DNA of 62,655 bases from Acidimicrobiia bacterium (GCA_029210695.1 JARGFH010000019.1:1-62655); one strand, 5' to 3'. Shown: positions 40,735 to 51,284, counted from the first letter of the stretch. Made by a program: numbers and translations. Notes: generated by a model from the sequence alone, not told the origin.

Positions 40735-40945
40735 TGATCTTGACGTTCCCTCCGCGGAAGTCGCTGTGCAGCAGTCGCATCGGCTCTCGATCGGGCAGCG
40801 ACCGGAAGAGGTCTCGTACCAGCGCCCGGCCTTCCTCGTATGTGGCCCTCCGATTCGGTGGTGCGGGCGGCATCGAGGTCGTACTCGTCGAGCACCTGTT
40901 CAGCAATGGCCGCCGATAGGAGGGCGGGAACCCGGGAGTGGGCGC
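40735..40945 (-). pseudogene. Internally deleted phosphotransferase (APH/homoserine-kinase-II-like) remnant
   Basis: LSAAIAEQVLDEYDLDAAR in one frame is followed within about 100 bp by LLHSDFRGGNV (HxDxxxxN catalytic loop) in another frame. No DF motif follows. Confidence 0.5.
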
Positions 40946-40983
40946 GCAACGTCAGAAACGGGATGAAGGAAAGGCAAGGAATC

Positions 40984-41469
40984 ATGTATCGCCTCATTGC
41001 ACTGCTCGCAGCCACCGCCATACTGCTCGCCGCCTGCGGCGGCGGGATCGCCGACCCGGCACAGCCATCCGATGTCGGCAATGCGCCCACCACCCAACCT
41101 CTTGAAACGGGAGGCGACACTCCGCTCGCCGACGACGCCGGTGGCACGATAATGGCCGGTATGGGCCCCGGCATCAGCGTCGCCGAGCTACTCGCTACGA
41201 CCGGCGACGGTCCGTTCCTGGTCAACGGCTACGTGTTCGTCGGCACCGACGGCAGTGTCGTCATTGCCGATGCCATCGCCGAGTCCTATCCACCTCAGCC
41301 CGCGGGTGCGCAGATCCCGGTCGAGGGAGTCGACCTCATGCAACTCCCCCTCGTCGAGGGCGCGGTCGACGCTGAGATCCCCACCTCGTCGTGGACGGAA
41401 CAACCGGTCCAGCTGCTCGGCGACCTCATCGACGGCGTGTTCGTTGGAAACTCGGTCGCATCAGCCTGA
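40984..41469 (+). CDS. Lipoprotein of unknown function
   Basis: Lipobox LLAAC at residue 18, AAGGA SD and AESYPPQ motif. Confidence 0.8.
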   Translation: MYRLIALLAATAILLAACGGGIADPAQPSDVGNAPTTQPLETGGDTPLADDAGGTIMAGMGPGISVAELLATTGDGPFLVNGYVFVGTDGSVVIADAIAESYPPQPAGAQIPVEGVDLMQLPLVEGAVDAEIPTSSWTEQPVQLLGDLIDGVFVGNSVASA

Positions 41470-41786
41470 ACCGGCCCTACCTCGACCAATAGTCGCGGCA
41501 AACCCGTCAAGCGCCTGAAGACCGCCGAGGTCATCCACGGCAAGCCCGGTGGGATGACGCTGGTGATGGGCTTCGACTCCGCTGACGACATCATCGCCAG
41601 GTTCACGAGTACAACACCACCGTCTGGAACCCTGCGCCGTTGATGAGTATCGGTACAGAGGACACTGCGAGCTGGAAGCGTCGGTCTCCGGCTGCTACCG
41701 CGGGTCGGGTCTGGTCCCTGTTCGAGATACCATCGGCCTTGCTGGTACCTTGGCCGGCATCAGGTGTCGGCTGCTGCGGAGGACAG

Positions 41787-42920
41787 ATGGAACCCACCCT
41801 CGTGCTTGCTCAGGAAACGCTCACCGATGCGTGCGGTGCCGACCCGGGCCCCCTGTGTGAGTTGATTCTCGACATCACAGGCAACGAATCGCTCGCGTCG
41901 GCATCGGACTGGTTTCAGGCGCCGCTGGCTGCCCTGTTGATTCTCGCCGTCGCCTGGCTGGTCAACCGGATCGTTCGCCGGATGATCTCGAGAATGGTCG
42001 ACAGGATGGTGGCAAGCCGCGAAGCCGAGCAAGCTTCGGAAGCTGTGGAAGCAGAGGCCAAGGCTCGAAACGAGCGCCGGCCGAATCTCCGGCAGCGGGC
42101 ACTGGCCCGGGCCTTGGACTTGCGCGAGTCTTCTGAACGCGCCGCGCAGCGCGCCCGCACCCTCGGCAATGTGATGGGCGGCCTGGCCTCGATCATTATC
42201 TACACGATGGCCGCCTTGATGGCGCTCGCCGAGTTCGACGTCAACCTGGGACCTCTCATCGCCAGCGCCGGGATTGTGGGTATTGCTCTGGGCTTCGGTG
42301 CCCAGAGCCTGGTGAAGGACTACCTGAGCGGGATCTTCATGCTGATCGAAGATCAGTACGGCGTCGGGGATGTCATCGATGTCGGCGATGCGGCCGGGGT
42401 GGTCGAGGCGGTGAGCCTGCGCACCACCCAACTTCGGGACGTTCATGGCACGTTGTGGCACTTTCCGAATGGTGAGATTCGTCGTGTGGCCAACAAGTCT
42501 CAGGAGTGGGCCCGCGCGGTGTTGGATGTCGAGGTCGCATACGACACCGACATTGCCCGGGCGATGTCGGTCATCAAGCGCGTTGCTGATGAGGTGTGGG
42601 AAGAGGCCCCGGACAACGCCACCATCCTGGAGGAACCGGAGATATGGGGCGTTGAGGCGTTTGGGGCGAATGCCATCGCTCTTCGTCTGGCCATGAAGGT
42701 GGAACCGGCCGAACAGTGGACCACCGCCCGCCTGGTTCGTGGGCGCCTCAAAGAGGCTTTCGATGCCGAAGGAATCGAGATACCGTTTCCGCAGCGCACC
42801 GTGTGGATGCATCAGGTCGAGGCCGAGCCAACCGAGGAACCGGTCGGTGGCGCCGTGGAAGACCACGCCCACGAGGAAATAGTTGCCGAGGAGCCGGCAG
42901 AGGAGGAAGCGGGGGAGTAG
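41787..42920 (+). CDS. mscS: Small-conductance mechanosensitive channel (MscS/YbiO-like)
   Basis: ASAGIVGIALGFGAQSLVKD, EDQYGVGD, PNGEI and GIEIPFPQR. Confidence 0.92.
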   Translation: MEPTLVLAQETLTDACGADPGPLCELILDITGNESLASASDWFQAPLAALLILAVAWLVNRIVRRMISRMVDRMVASREAEQASEAVEAEAKARNERRPNLRQRALARALDLRESSERAAQRARTLGNVMGGLASIIIYTMAALMALAEFDVNLGPLIASAGIVGIALGFGAQSLVKDYLSGIFMLIEDQYGVGDVIDVGDAAGVVEAVSLRTTQLRDVHGTLWHFPNGEIRRVANKSQEWARAVLDVEVAYDTDIARAMSVIKRVADEVWEEAPDNATILEEPEIWGVEAFGANAIALRLAMKVEPAEQWTTARLVRGRLKEAFDAEGIEIPFPQRTVWMHQVEAEPTEEPVGGAVEDHAHEEIVAEEPAEEEAGE

Positions 42921-43146
42921 TCACGGGTCTGGCATCCAGCTGCTGGGGCGTGTCTGGCTTGTGCTCTGTTCGCTCCCCGATGAACCCCGAACCAGGGCAA
43001 GTCCCGAGCTGAGTGCGGGACTCCGGAGAGGCTTCGCTGCGACCGGCCTCAGTATTCGAGTGCAGCCCGAGCCTGCCTGCAACCTTCGAGCGTGCACCAC
43101 GCAACTCTTCTCTTGGCTTCGACTTGAAGACGATGTCGACTCTCAG

Positions 43147-43304
43147 TCAACTGCTACCCAACCACCGATCGGCCGTAGAGATCGAAGCTACGCAATGGGC
43201 CGTCGAGAAGACGCGGTAGGGGTCCGATGCCAAGAGACCCGGCGCAATCGGGACTGCTTCGTGAATCGTCCGGCTGATGACGCGCAGGCACGGGTCACAC
43301 CACC
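43147..43304 (-). pseudogene. Displaced diverged copy of the last 158 bp of the terpene-cyclase-like gene (51448-51605)
   Basis: Manual alignment gives 14 substitutions, no indels, the same frame and the same stop. Encodes WCDPCLRVISRTIHEAVPIAPGLLASDPYRVFSTAHCVASISTADRWLGSS*. Confidence 0.9.
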
Positions 43305-43392
43305 GGGGCGGATTCCGTTCAGCGTTCCGGGGATCGAGAGCGCAGGGTATGGAGGTCGGCGCGCTTGGCTGCGTGTTCCGGTTACCTCTATT

Positions 43393-44169
43393 TCATCCCT
43401 GGAGCATGGCGAGGGGAGCTTCCTCGCTCGCCAATCTGTCGAGGGCCGCCCGGTCGAAGCCCTTGAAGATGAACCAAAGAGCCAGGACCATTTCCTGCAC
43501 GGCAAGCGGGGCAATCAGCGTTATGGCGAGGGCACTCGAGACCTCGAGGAAGAGCACCACGATCGCCAACCCGCCGAGGACCGTTCCCAAGACCATCCCC
43601 CAGCCTGCAATCCACTGCGGCACCAGTCGCGATTTCCAGAGCATCCAGTTCAACATCAGCATCCCGACCACGAAGACGATGTTGTAGAGGGAGCCGGATG
43701 TGCCCGACCAGGCTTCGCCACCCATCAAGGTGCGTAACAGCAGGTCGATCTGATCGGTGTTGGCGGTGGGCGCTGCCACAAACTCGCGGGAAATGGCCAG
43801 CACCAGAAGCCGGTCGACTTCGATCTGAAAGAAGATCGCGGCTTCGAACAGGCGAAACGCCACGTACCCAATGGCCAGAGTGGCGCTGACGCGCCGCAAC
43901 ACCGGGTACAGCGCGACTGCGATCAGGGGAATCGCCAGAACGCAGGCGAATTCGATGAGAACGCCCAGTGGGATGTCATTCTTCGCACCTGCTGCCGCGG
44001 TCAGCACATCTGGGTCGGTCAGGGCAGGCTTGTAGAATGCCTCCCCAACGAACAGGAACGCAGTAGCAATGATGAAGAAGATCCCGGCCCAGATCGCGTT
44101 GTTCCGGTAGGTCGGTGTCGCTTCCATCTTGTCATTACCCTTCCTTGCGGTGGCGGAAGTCGTGGACAA
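43393..44169 (-). CDS. DUF4386-family membrane protein
   Basis: AGIFFIIAT, ALYPVL, SRLVPQWIAGWG and QEMVLALWFIFKGF. Start may be ATG 44127. Confidence 0.85.
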   Translation of the reverse strand: MSTTSATARKGNDKMEATPTYRNNAIWAGIFFIIATAFLFVGEAFYKPALTDPDVLTAAAGAKNDIPLGVLIEFACVLAIPLIAVALYPVLRRVSATLAIGYVAFRLFEAAIFFQIEVDRLLVLAISREFVAAPTANTDQIDLLLRTLMGGEAWSGTSGSLYNIVFVVGMLMLNWMLWKSRLVPQWIAGWGMVLGTVLGGLAIVVLFLEVSSALAITLIAPLAVQEMVLALWFIFKGFDRAALDRLASEEAPLAMLQG

Positions 44170-44703
44170 CGGAGTACTTCGAGCGTCCTTTCGCAGGTCG
44201 TGAGGATCGTGGCGCTGCGGGTCCTCTGGTCGATCCTCCGGGCTCGGCAGTCCAACGCCCGGCAGCTCTCCGCCTCTCTCGAGTGACGGTCACCGACATA
44301 GTCGGTGTTCCCCGCTGCGGGGAGACTCTCCCTACCATGCCTGAGTTGCCGGGAGTCCGCCAGGGGCCTTTGGACCAGGCTGTCTGGGGCGTTCGTTCGG
44401 TCCGCCTCTCGTGTTCTACGCAGAGCTCCTCGACGATGTAGCCCGGTTTGGTCACAGTTCGGCACTTTGGATAGAAAGCGTCACTCCGTGGAAGACACCT
44501 CCGGAGAAAAGGGCCCCTTGGCGCAGAACCGGCCTTTCCAGGTTGGTCTCATCCGTCGAAGCGCAGTTGGCGTAGACCGCTCGCTAGTGGTCCGTCGCGG
44601 ATTTGGTGACTTGGTCTCCTGCCGGACGATCCCCGCTGTGGCAGGGTTCGTGGCACTGCCTACCCCGGTCATCAAATAGCAGACAGACCACTAGTCCGGC
44701 GAG

Positions 44704-45276
44704 CTAGCTCCGTACCGCGGACGATTCGAGTGCGTCGGCGAGCCGCTCGACGAGCCATGCGAATGATGCGTCCACCTCTACCTCGAGTCCGAACCCGCCG
44801 ATGCCCTCGAGCGACACGAACCCGTGGAGCGCAGCCCGAAGCGTCCGGGCGGCATGGATCGCCTCCTCCTCGTCGAGGTCGTATCCGCGCAGGATGGCGA
44901 GGACCGGTTCCACGGGCCGCATGGAGACTCTGGCGTACTCCTCGTCGTCGGGCCGCGCTCGAGCAGTCAACTCGTAGAGGCCGGGGTGGGCGGCGGCGTA
45001 GGAGCGGAACTCAACGGCGATGGCATGTAAGGCAGCCCGTCCTGTGCGGCCCATGGCCGCCGCGCTGAGCCTGGTGGCGAGGTTCTCGATGGCCCGCATG
45101 GCGACGTCGCGGCGGAGGGTGTCGAGTCGGGTGACATGGTTGTACAGCGAAGGCGGTTTGACGCCCAGCTCCCGGGCGACCCGGCTCAGCGTGAGCCCCG
45201 ATGTTCCCTCCGCTTCGACGATGGCGGTGGCGGCATCGACGACCGCCTCCGCGGTGAGTCCTCTGCGCCCGGTCAA
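44704..45276 (-). CDS. TetR-family regulator (WHG-type C-terminus)
   Basis: HTH LTLSRVARELGVKPPSLYNH, HPGLY and LHGFVSLE. Confidence 0.92.
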   Translation of the reverse strand: MTGRRGLTAEAVVDAATAIVEAEGTSGLTLSRVARELGVKPPSLYNHVTRLDTLRRDVAMRAIENLATRLSAAAMGRTGRAALHAIAVEFRSYAAAHPGLYELTARARPDDEEYARVSMRPVEPVLAILRGYDLDEEEAIHAARTLRAALHGFVSLEGIGGFGLEVEVDASFAWLVERLADALESSAVRS

Positions 45277-46073
45277 GTCCGGGTCTCAGCGAGGAAGTCG
45301 GTGATCTCAGCGGTCACCTGGCCTGGGAACTCGACGTGCGGGTAGTGGCCGGCATCGGGGACCACATGCACCTTGCCGCCGGTGTCTGCCGCTATCGACT
45401 CGCCCGTCGCCGCCGGATCTTTGAAGTGGGAATCGGCGCCACCCATGACGACCAGCGTGGGGACATCTACCCGGGCGATGCGTTCGGCCAAGCCGTTGCG
45501 GTGGGCCGTCAGGGTCTCCCGCACCGCCCTTCGCCGTCGGGGGTCGGCCATCATCTTGGCCAGCGCGGCTGCTTGCTCCCCGAGATCAGCTGGCGGTGCC
45601 GCCGGATGCCATTTACGGAACTGGCCGGACCACAGCCCTCCTGCGAACGGGCCGCGCAGCATCAGGCCGAGCGGGATGCGTTGCCAGATCGGAGCCGTCT
45701 CGAGGTGAGCGCTGATGAGGACCAGCCGGCCGATCAGGTCGGGGCGATCGGCCGCCGCCCACAACGCGGCGGCCGGGGAAAACGACGTTGCCACCACGGT
45801 GGCCGGACCTGCATCGAGGTGATCGAGGAGCGCAACCAGATCGCCTGCCGTCTCGACCACTCCATACCCCGGCCAGTCCGCCGATGAGTCGCCGTGCCCG
45901 CGCAAGTCCATGGTTACTACGCGGGCGCCGCCCGCCACAAGGTCGGGTGCCACCAACCGGTACTCGTGGCGAACGTCGCCGGCGCCGGGAAGCATCACCA
46001 CCAGCGGGCCGCTTCCACCGCTGTCATCGAAGCCGATCGTGCCGCCGGCCAGGTCGAGCTGTTGCGTATTCAT
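45273..46073 (-). CDS. Alpha/beta hydrolase
   Basis: MDLRGHG, ATSFS nucleophile elbow and AGHYPHVE; overlaps the tetR start. Confidence 0.9.
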   Translation of the reverse strand: MNTQQLDLAGGTIGFDDSGGSGPLVVMLPGAGDVRHEYRLVAPDLVAGGARVVTMDLRGHGDSSADWPGYGVVETAGDLVALLDHLDAGPATVVATSFSPAAALWAAADRPDLIGRLVLISAHLETAPIWQRIPLGLMLRGPFAGGLWSGQFRKWHPAAPPADLGEQAAALAKMMADPRRRRAVRETLTAHRNGLAERIARVDVPTLVVMGGADSHFKDPAATGESIAADTGGKVHVVPDAGHYPHVEFPGQVTAEITDFLAETRT

Positions 46074-46090
46074 GTCTACTCCCGTACTCA

Positions 46091-46138
46091 ACTAATGAGT
46101 GTAGTCAATACACTAATGACGTTAGTTAGGCATGTCAA
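46091..46138 (-). promoter_or_regulatory. Primary-sigma promoter with two probable TetR operators
   Basis: TTGACA-17 nt-TAGTGT on the minus strand. Palindrome ctaa-tgacg-ttag overlaps the spacer and -10; a second imperfect copy actaatgagtgtagt lies downstream. Confidence 0.75.
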
Positions 46139-46249
46139 GGGAGACGGTCGCCGACCGCGGCGGTTCCGTTCCATCGAGGTGACCACGCCTTGAGCGCTTC
46201 GACAGAGGAGCGTCCATTGGCACCGGACGTTCTCCATCAGAAGCGTCTC

Positions 46250-46640
46250 TGAGAAGTAGTTGAAGAACTTGAACGGAACTCGTTTGAGTTTCAGCCAATC
46301 CCGAAAGGCGGTGCTGTTGTGGAACGGTCCGGTTGTGAAGCTCTCGCGGAGCAGTACGAGCAACAGAGGTATCTGGCGGCCGGGCGGGATGGCGGTAAGC
46401 AGGCTGCGACCGAACCTCGCCGACGTGGGGGAGTGCTGCCCTCGACCCGGTTGCCCGATGGTCAGGGTTCCGATTCGTTGCCCGTTCACTCAGTCGAGGG
46501 CTTCGGCGAGGGTCGGGAACGACGTTTCCAGCAACCTGGCGAACAGACGGGGCACGTTGTCGGTATCGAAGGAGAATCAGTATTCGTAGTCGTCGCCCTG
46601 GCCGCTCAACACCTGTCCTTCGAGGGTGAGACGCCCATGG
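46250..46640 (-). pseudogene. Degraded small hypothetical gene with two in-frame TGA codons
   Basis: One frame reads GRLTLEGQVLSGQGDDYEY*FSFDTDNVPRLF...ALD*VNG...STAFRDWLKLKRVPFKFFNY; TGA at 46577-46579 and 46490-46492. Confidence 0.55.
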
Positions 46641-46648
46641 CGAGGCCT

Positions 46649-48433
46649 TCAGCGATGCGCAGGTTCGGTCGCCGCCGGGAGCGTCAGGTCGAAACTCGAG
46701 AGCGAACCGGAGCGGACGTAGCGAAGCTCACCGCCCATCAAGACGGCCAGCTGGCGGGCCACCGTGAGCCCCAGTCCGACCGATCCCGGCACGCCGTTGG
46801 CAATGTGGGCACGGTGGTAGGGCTCGAAGATGGCTTCTCGCTGATCGGCGGGAACACCCGCCCCATCATCTTTGACGGACAGCGCCAGGTAGCCGTCGGC
46901 GACTTTGCTGTGCAGAGTGACCTGGGAACCCCCGTAGCGGAGGGCGTTGGTGACGAGATTCCGGATGATCTGGCGGAACCGGAGCGGGTCGGCGATCACC
47001 CACCCTTCCAGCTGCTCGAGGTCGATCTCGTGCGGGGTTTCGTTCGTGCTGACGGCCCGGAGGGCCGATTCGACTTCGACGCGGATGTCCATGGGCTCTA
47101 CCTTGACGGTCAGACTCCCGATGTCGGCCCGGGCGGCCACCAACAGGTCCTCGACGATGTTGGCGAGCTCCCGGCTCTCCGAAGCGATGTATCCGACCAG
47201 CTCGAGGCGCTCGTCGGAGGGGAGCCGGCCCCACTCCTCTAAGAGGACTTCTGCACTTCCGTACACTGCGGTCAGCGGTGTCCGCAGTTCGTGACTTACG
47301 CTGGCCAGGAACTCGTCCTTCGACCTGACCAGACTGGCCATTTGGTCCTCGACCAGCTTGCGGGCCGTGATGTCGGTTACGGCAACCAGCACCTTGGATA
47401 GGTCCAAACGACCGCCGATTCGACTCGCCGACCACTGGAAGATGGCGTCGAGCCGGTTGTTCTGCAAGGTAGCTCCGGTCAACTCCATCAGCACCGAGTC
47501 CCTGTCCTCCCAGATGGCGATGAGTTGCTCCATCATCGAGTTGAGCGTTTCTTCGGTGAATACTTGCGGGTTGAGCGGGCCCAGTAGCTGGCTCGGATGG
47601 TCTGCTTCGAGCATGTCGAGCACTGCCGGGTTGACATCTTTGACGATGACGAGGCTGATCGCCTCGCGTAACTTGGTCCGGTTGGATTCGAGGTAGCTGC
47701 GTATGTCTGTGACTCCGGCGGTTCGCAGCTCATCGAGCCAGCGCCCGACGGCGCTGAAATCTTCCTCGTATACGGCGATCGGCAGCGCATGGAACAGGGT
47801 GTGGTAGTGCTGTTCGGTGCGGTGGATCGCCTCGAGGGCCTCGCGCCGTTCGGTGAGGTCGCTGAACAGGAGGACGGCTCGTTCGGCTCCGTTCCCCGTT
47901 CTGATCGGGTTGACGACACACGCCACCGGCACCACTTGCCCATCGGCGGCGAGGAGGAGTGCCGTGTCGTCCGAGAAGTGTTCGCCCCTGGCGATCGCCT
48001 TCAGCACGTCACCGGGCGTGACGTGTTCCGCCGGGTGGTCGGGAAGGAACCTGAACCTGGACAGAATCCTGGTTCCTCGCATGTCTGCGGGGGTCAGCCC
48101 CAATAGCCTGGCAGCTGACGGGTTGGCGAAGGCCACCCGGCCCTCGGAATCGAGGGTGCACAACCCGTCGCTGAGTGAGTCCACCACCGCCCGCAGGCGG
48201 GTCTCCTGCTCCTGTTCGCGCGCTTCGCTGCTCCGTTTCAACTCCTCGTAGAGGTCTCGCATCTCCTGAGAGGAGATCTGGAGCGACCGTTCAAGCAAGT
48301 AGCGGTTCTGTTCGGCGTCCTCGTAGGACCGCTCGACTCGCTCGAGCAGGCTCCTCCACGCCATGGGGTCTCCGGGAGGGGCGTCTTCGGTGAGCCCCAG
48401 ACGACGAAGCTGGCGAGCGAGAAGAGGGTTCAA
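46649..48433 (-). CDS. Cytoplasmic PAS-PAS sensor histidine kinase
   Basis: LLARQLRRL N-terminus typical of FIST-partner proteins, PAS motifs, SHELRTPL, NLVTNALRYG, DDGAG and GLGL. Confidence 0.92.
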   Translation of the reverse strand: MNPLLARQLRRLGLTEDAPPGDPMAWRSLLERVERSYEDAEQNRYLLERSLQISSQEMRDLYEELKRSSEAREQEQETRLRAVVDSLSDGLCTLDSEGRVAFANPSAARLLGLTPADMRGTRILSRFRFLPDHPAEHVTPGDVLKAIARGEHFSDDTALLLAADGQVVPVACVVNPIRTGNGAERAVLLFSDLTERREALEAIHRTEQHYHTLFHALPIAVYEEDFSAVGRWLDELRTAGVTDIRSYLESNRTKLREAISLVIVKDVNPAVLDMLEADHPSQLLGPLNPQVFTEETLNSMMEQLIAIWEDRDSVLMELTGATLQNNRLDAIFQWSASRIGGRLDLSKVLVAVTDITARKLVEDQMASLVRSKDEFLASVSHELRTPLTAVYGSAEVLLEEWGRLPSDERLELVGYIASESRELANIVEDLLVAARADIGSLTVKVEPMDIRVEVESALRAVSTNETPHEIDLEQLEGWVIADPLRFRQIIRNLVTNALRYGGSQVTLHSKVADGYLALSVKDDGAGVPADQREAIFEPYHRAHIANGVPGSVGLGLTVARQLAVLMGGELRYVRSGSLSSFDLTLPAATEPAHR

Positions 48434-49566
48434 ATGTCCTCGCTTATGGTGGTGAGGGTCATGGTCTGGTTGTGGAGTTGGCAGGTTCCGTCCGAGTAGG
48501 GAGAAATCTCCCCGTAGGAGTAGAAGCCGAGTTGGTGGCTGCCTGCGGGAAGCCCCTCGAGGGTCGCTTCAACCTCTTCTTCGGTCCGGTCGCCCAACAC
48601 GAGTCGACGGCCTACACAGCTGATGGCGATTGACAGAACCGGTCCGGTGGTGCCGTTGCCGGCCTGATGGGCCGCCTGTTCGGCGCCCCCAATGAGCCGG
48701 TCGAAGTTGGCTTGCATCAGCTGGGCTCGCTTGCCCATCGGGACGTCTCCGGCGAACGTCAGCGACTGCTGCCGTTCGTCCACAGCCAGGATTGTTCGCA
48801 CGAGGTAGCGGCCGTCCGGATCCTGGCGAACTGCCAGCGGGAACAGCAGGCCGGTTGCCGGCAGGCCTTCCGCAAGGTCGCCCAGGTACTGCTTGTAGAG
48901 CTCCAGGGCGGGCCGGCCGTCGAGCTCGTAGAGCACGCTCCCTTCCGATCGTGTGATGATCCGCTCGGGGCCGAAGATGTCCCAACCTCCCTGCGAACCG
49001 TGGCGGAATCGAATCGAATCCCCGTAGAATCCGACCGCAGTCACCCGCTGTTCGACCGGTGCGCCGTCGACCAGCACCCAGGTTCGTTCGAATCGATCGC
49101 CGTCGGCGGCCAGGCCGCCGGTGACGGGGGTTCCCTTTGGCAGCCGGCTGGTGATGCCCCTCACGAGTTCGGATCCGTTCACGTGTAGTCCGTCGGACAG
49201 GACCAGGACCGCGGTGAGATCCGGTCCTTCGAGCTGGGCGGCCAGCGACTCTCCGGCCCTGAACGAATCCTCCCCCGATTCGCAATCCGCCACCGCCATC
49301 CGCACCCGGGCGGAGCCGAACTCCACGACGGCCACGGACAGCGAACCGTCCCGGACCCGTGCCCCGGAGATCTCGCCGGCAGTCGAGCAGCCGGCGATGA
49401 CGGCCCCGGGCATGGCAGAGCGGAGTTCGACCAGGGGACCGGGATCATGGCGATAGGTGTCGGCTGCGCCGAAGGCAAGAACCAGCGTGCGCTCCGGATT
49501 GGACACCGTCGGCAATGGACGGGTCCACCCTTGACTCAAGTCGTGTTCGGTGCAGTAGACATCCAC
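48430..49566 (-). CDS. FIST-domain (NosP-like) sensor protein
   Basis: GCSTAGEI, LSDGL, GGLAADG, ELDGRPA, SCVGR, GFYSYGEI and HNQT; 4 bp overlap with the kinase. Confidence 0.92.
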   Translation of the reverse strand: MDVYCTEHDLSQGWTRPLPTVSNPERTLVLAFGAADTYRHDPGPLVELRSAMPGAVIAGCSTAGEISGARVRDGSLSVAVVEFGSARVRMAVADCESGEDSFRAGESLAAQLEGPDLTAVLVLSDGLHVNGSELVRGITSRLPKGTPVTGGLAADGDRFERTWVLVDGAPVEQRVTAVGFYGDSIRFRHGSQGGWDIFGPERIITRSEGSVLYELDGRPALELYKQYLGDLAEGLPATGLLFPLAVRQDPDGRYLVRTILAVDERQQSLTFAGDVPMGKRAQLMQANFDRLIGGAEQAAHQAGNGTTGPVLSIAISCVGRRLVLGDRTEEEVEATLEGLPAGSHQLGFYSYGEISPYSDGTCQLHNQTMTLTTISEDI

Positions 49567-49751
49567 CGGCGCTCCCTGGTTGTTCTTCTAGCTAGTCGAC
49601 AGTATTCCCGGTCCGCCTTAGGAGATTGCTCACGCCCGGGTGAATGCCGGCTGCCGTTCGGGGCCTACTGCAGAAGCGATCAACAGTCGTCGAGCCGCGG
49701 CTGGGGAGGAACAGGCGCTTGCGCGCGGCTGGTGGAGCTTCCTCGGCCGGA

Positions 49752-51140
49752 TCAACGCTCGATTGTCATCACATACCCACCCGGGCCGTAGAACTCATCA
49801 ACCACCACGAGGAAGTAGGTGGCGTCGGTGTCGGCTCTGAAGCTCAGCCGGGCGTCGGTGCCGAACAGGCCGCCTCCCGAGCTGTCGTCCCGGCCGAGGA
49901 AGTCGGCCTCATTGCCCTCCAGGTCGATGATGATTTCCGGATCCATCAATACGGCACTCACCGTCACGGTGATCCGGTCTCCGGCCGACAAGTCGATGCG
50001 ATAGGTATCGATATCACCGGGATAGTCGGCGTACCCAACGACGGTCTGGCCCGGCACAACGACCGTCTCGTCGTCGGGGTCGGACAGCGGCCGCAACGGA
50101 AGGTTGCTCGTCAGCGTCACGTCGATCGGTACGGGTGCGAAGGAGTCGAGGGTCAGGAAGTATGGGCCGTCGAACGGTGCTACCACGGTCAGCGATTCTG
50201 TTCCAGTTTCGCCTTCGTCGGCCTCCCCTTCCAGGAACCCGTCGAAGGCGGTGAGCGCCACGTATACGTCACCATCGCTGGTGGCCTCTACCTGCAGTTC
50301 TTCGCCCGCCAGCATGTCCACCACCCATGTCTTCTCAACGAAGTAATGTTCAATCGGCCCGGTATAGCTGAGCTCGCCGGGCCCACCGGGGAAGGACCGG
50401 TCGGCGATACCGTCGGTGTCGCGGCCGGCCAGCATGTCGGCCAGCCTCTCCCGTACGTCGGCCGCAGATGCGGCTAGAGCGAAACCTTCCGATCCGAGGC
50501 CGGAGATGCCGATCACCGTTCCGTTGTCGTCGACCAGGGCACCGCCGCTCTGGCCGCCGGCGATCACCGCGTCGGTCTGCAGAAACTCGAGACCAAGCGC
50601 ATCGATTGTCCGCACCCGGGACAGGATCCCCCTCGTCAGGGTCGGCTGCGGATATTCCTCGACCTCACCGGGATAACCGATCAGATACAGCTCGCCGCCC
50701 ACTGCCAGCCCGTCCGGGTCGCCGAGCGTGACCGGTTCGGGCAGCCGCGGTGCGGCCCGGCTCACATCCACGATGGCCAGATCGGCGATCTCGTCGATGT
50801 GGGTGACGTCGGCATCGAGGAGTTCCGTCCCGTCCGGAAAAACCACCCTCACGTCGTCGTAGGGCCAGACCACATGAGCGTTGGTCACCAGATGCCACTC
50901 GTCGAACAGCACCCCCGAACCTGAACCCAGGTCGGTTTCGATGTACGCCAGGGCCGGCGACACAGTCTCGAAGACCTCCTGTGGGCTCAAAGCAGCCGAA
51001 ACGGTTGAGGTAGTGGTCGAGGTGGGGGGTACAGTTGTAGAGGGCCGGCGAACGATCGAAGTCGATACCGACGGCCCGCTGCAGGCCGCCAGTAACACCA
51101 TCATCCCGATCGCAAGCGCTCTTCTCACCGTCGTGTCCAT
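49752..51140 (-). CDS. Trypsin-like serine protease lipoprotein with two PPC-like domains
   Basis: Lipobox LLAAC; triad TNAHVV / DLA / GQSGG; DIDTYRIDL and DDSSGG PPC-type motifs. Confidence 0.88.
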   Translation of the reverse strand: MDTTVRRALAIGMMVLLAACSGPSVSTSIVRRPSTTVPPTSTTTSTVSAALSPQEVFETVSPALAYIETDLGSGSGVLFDEWHLVTNAHVVWPYDDVRVVFPDGTELLDADVTHIDEIADLAIVDVSRAAPRLPEPVTLGDPDGLAVGGELYLIGYPGEVEEYPQPTLTRGILSRVRTIDALGLEFLQTDAVIAGGQSGGALVDDNGTVIGISGLGSEGFALAASAADVRERLADMLAGRDTDGIADRSFPGGPGELSYTGPIEHYFVEKTWVVDMLAGEELQVEATSDGDVYVALTAFDGFLEGEADEGETGTESLTVVAPFDGPYFLTLDSFAPVPIDVTLTSNLPLRPLSDPDDETVVVPGQTVVGYADYPGDIDTYRIDLSAGDRITVTVSAVLMDPEIIIDLEGNEADFLGRDDSSGGGLFGTDARLSFRADTDATYFLVVVDEFYGPGGYVMTIER

Positions 51141-51284
51141 CTCCGGGTCCTTGGTTGACATCGGCCGGAGGCCGTCGTGTCTGAAGCAGCACACTATCCC
51201 GCCTGCGCCACGATCACGAGGGCTCGTTCGAGAGATCAAGAAGGACTGCGGGGGCCCGAACAGCTGATTGCCGCCGAGTCCTGG

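Noticed and set aside
41490..41645. Short reading KRLKTAEVIHGKPGGMTLVMGFDSADDIIARF, possibly another gene relic
   Set aside because: Coding-like, but too short to assign a family from sequence alone.
42925..43140. Minus-strand VDIVFKSK start reminiscent of HigB-type toxins
   Set aside because: Similarity is limited to about 8 residues and the rest of the frame does not fit.
44200..44700. 500 bp gap between DUF4386 and tetR as a possible ncRNA or gene
   Set aside because: No convincing ORF, repeat or recognisable RNA motif found.
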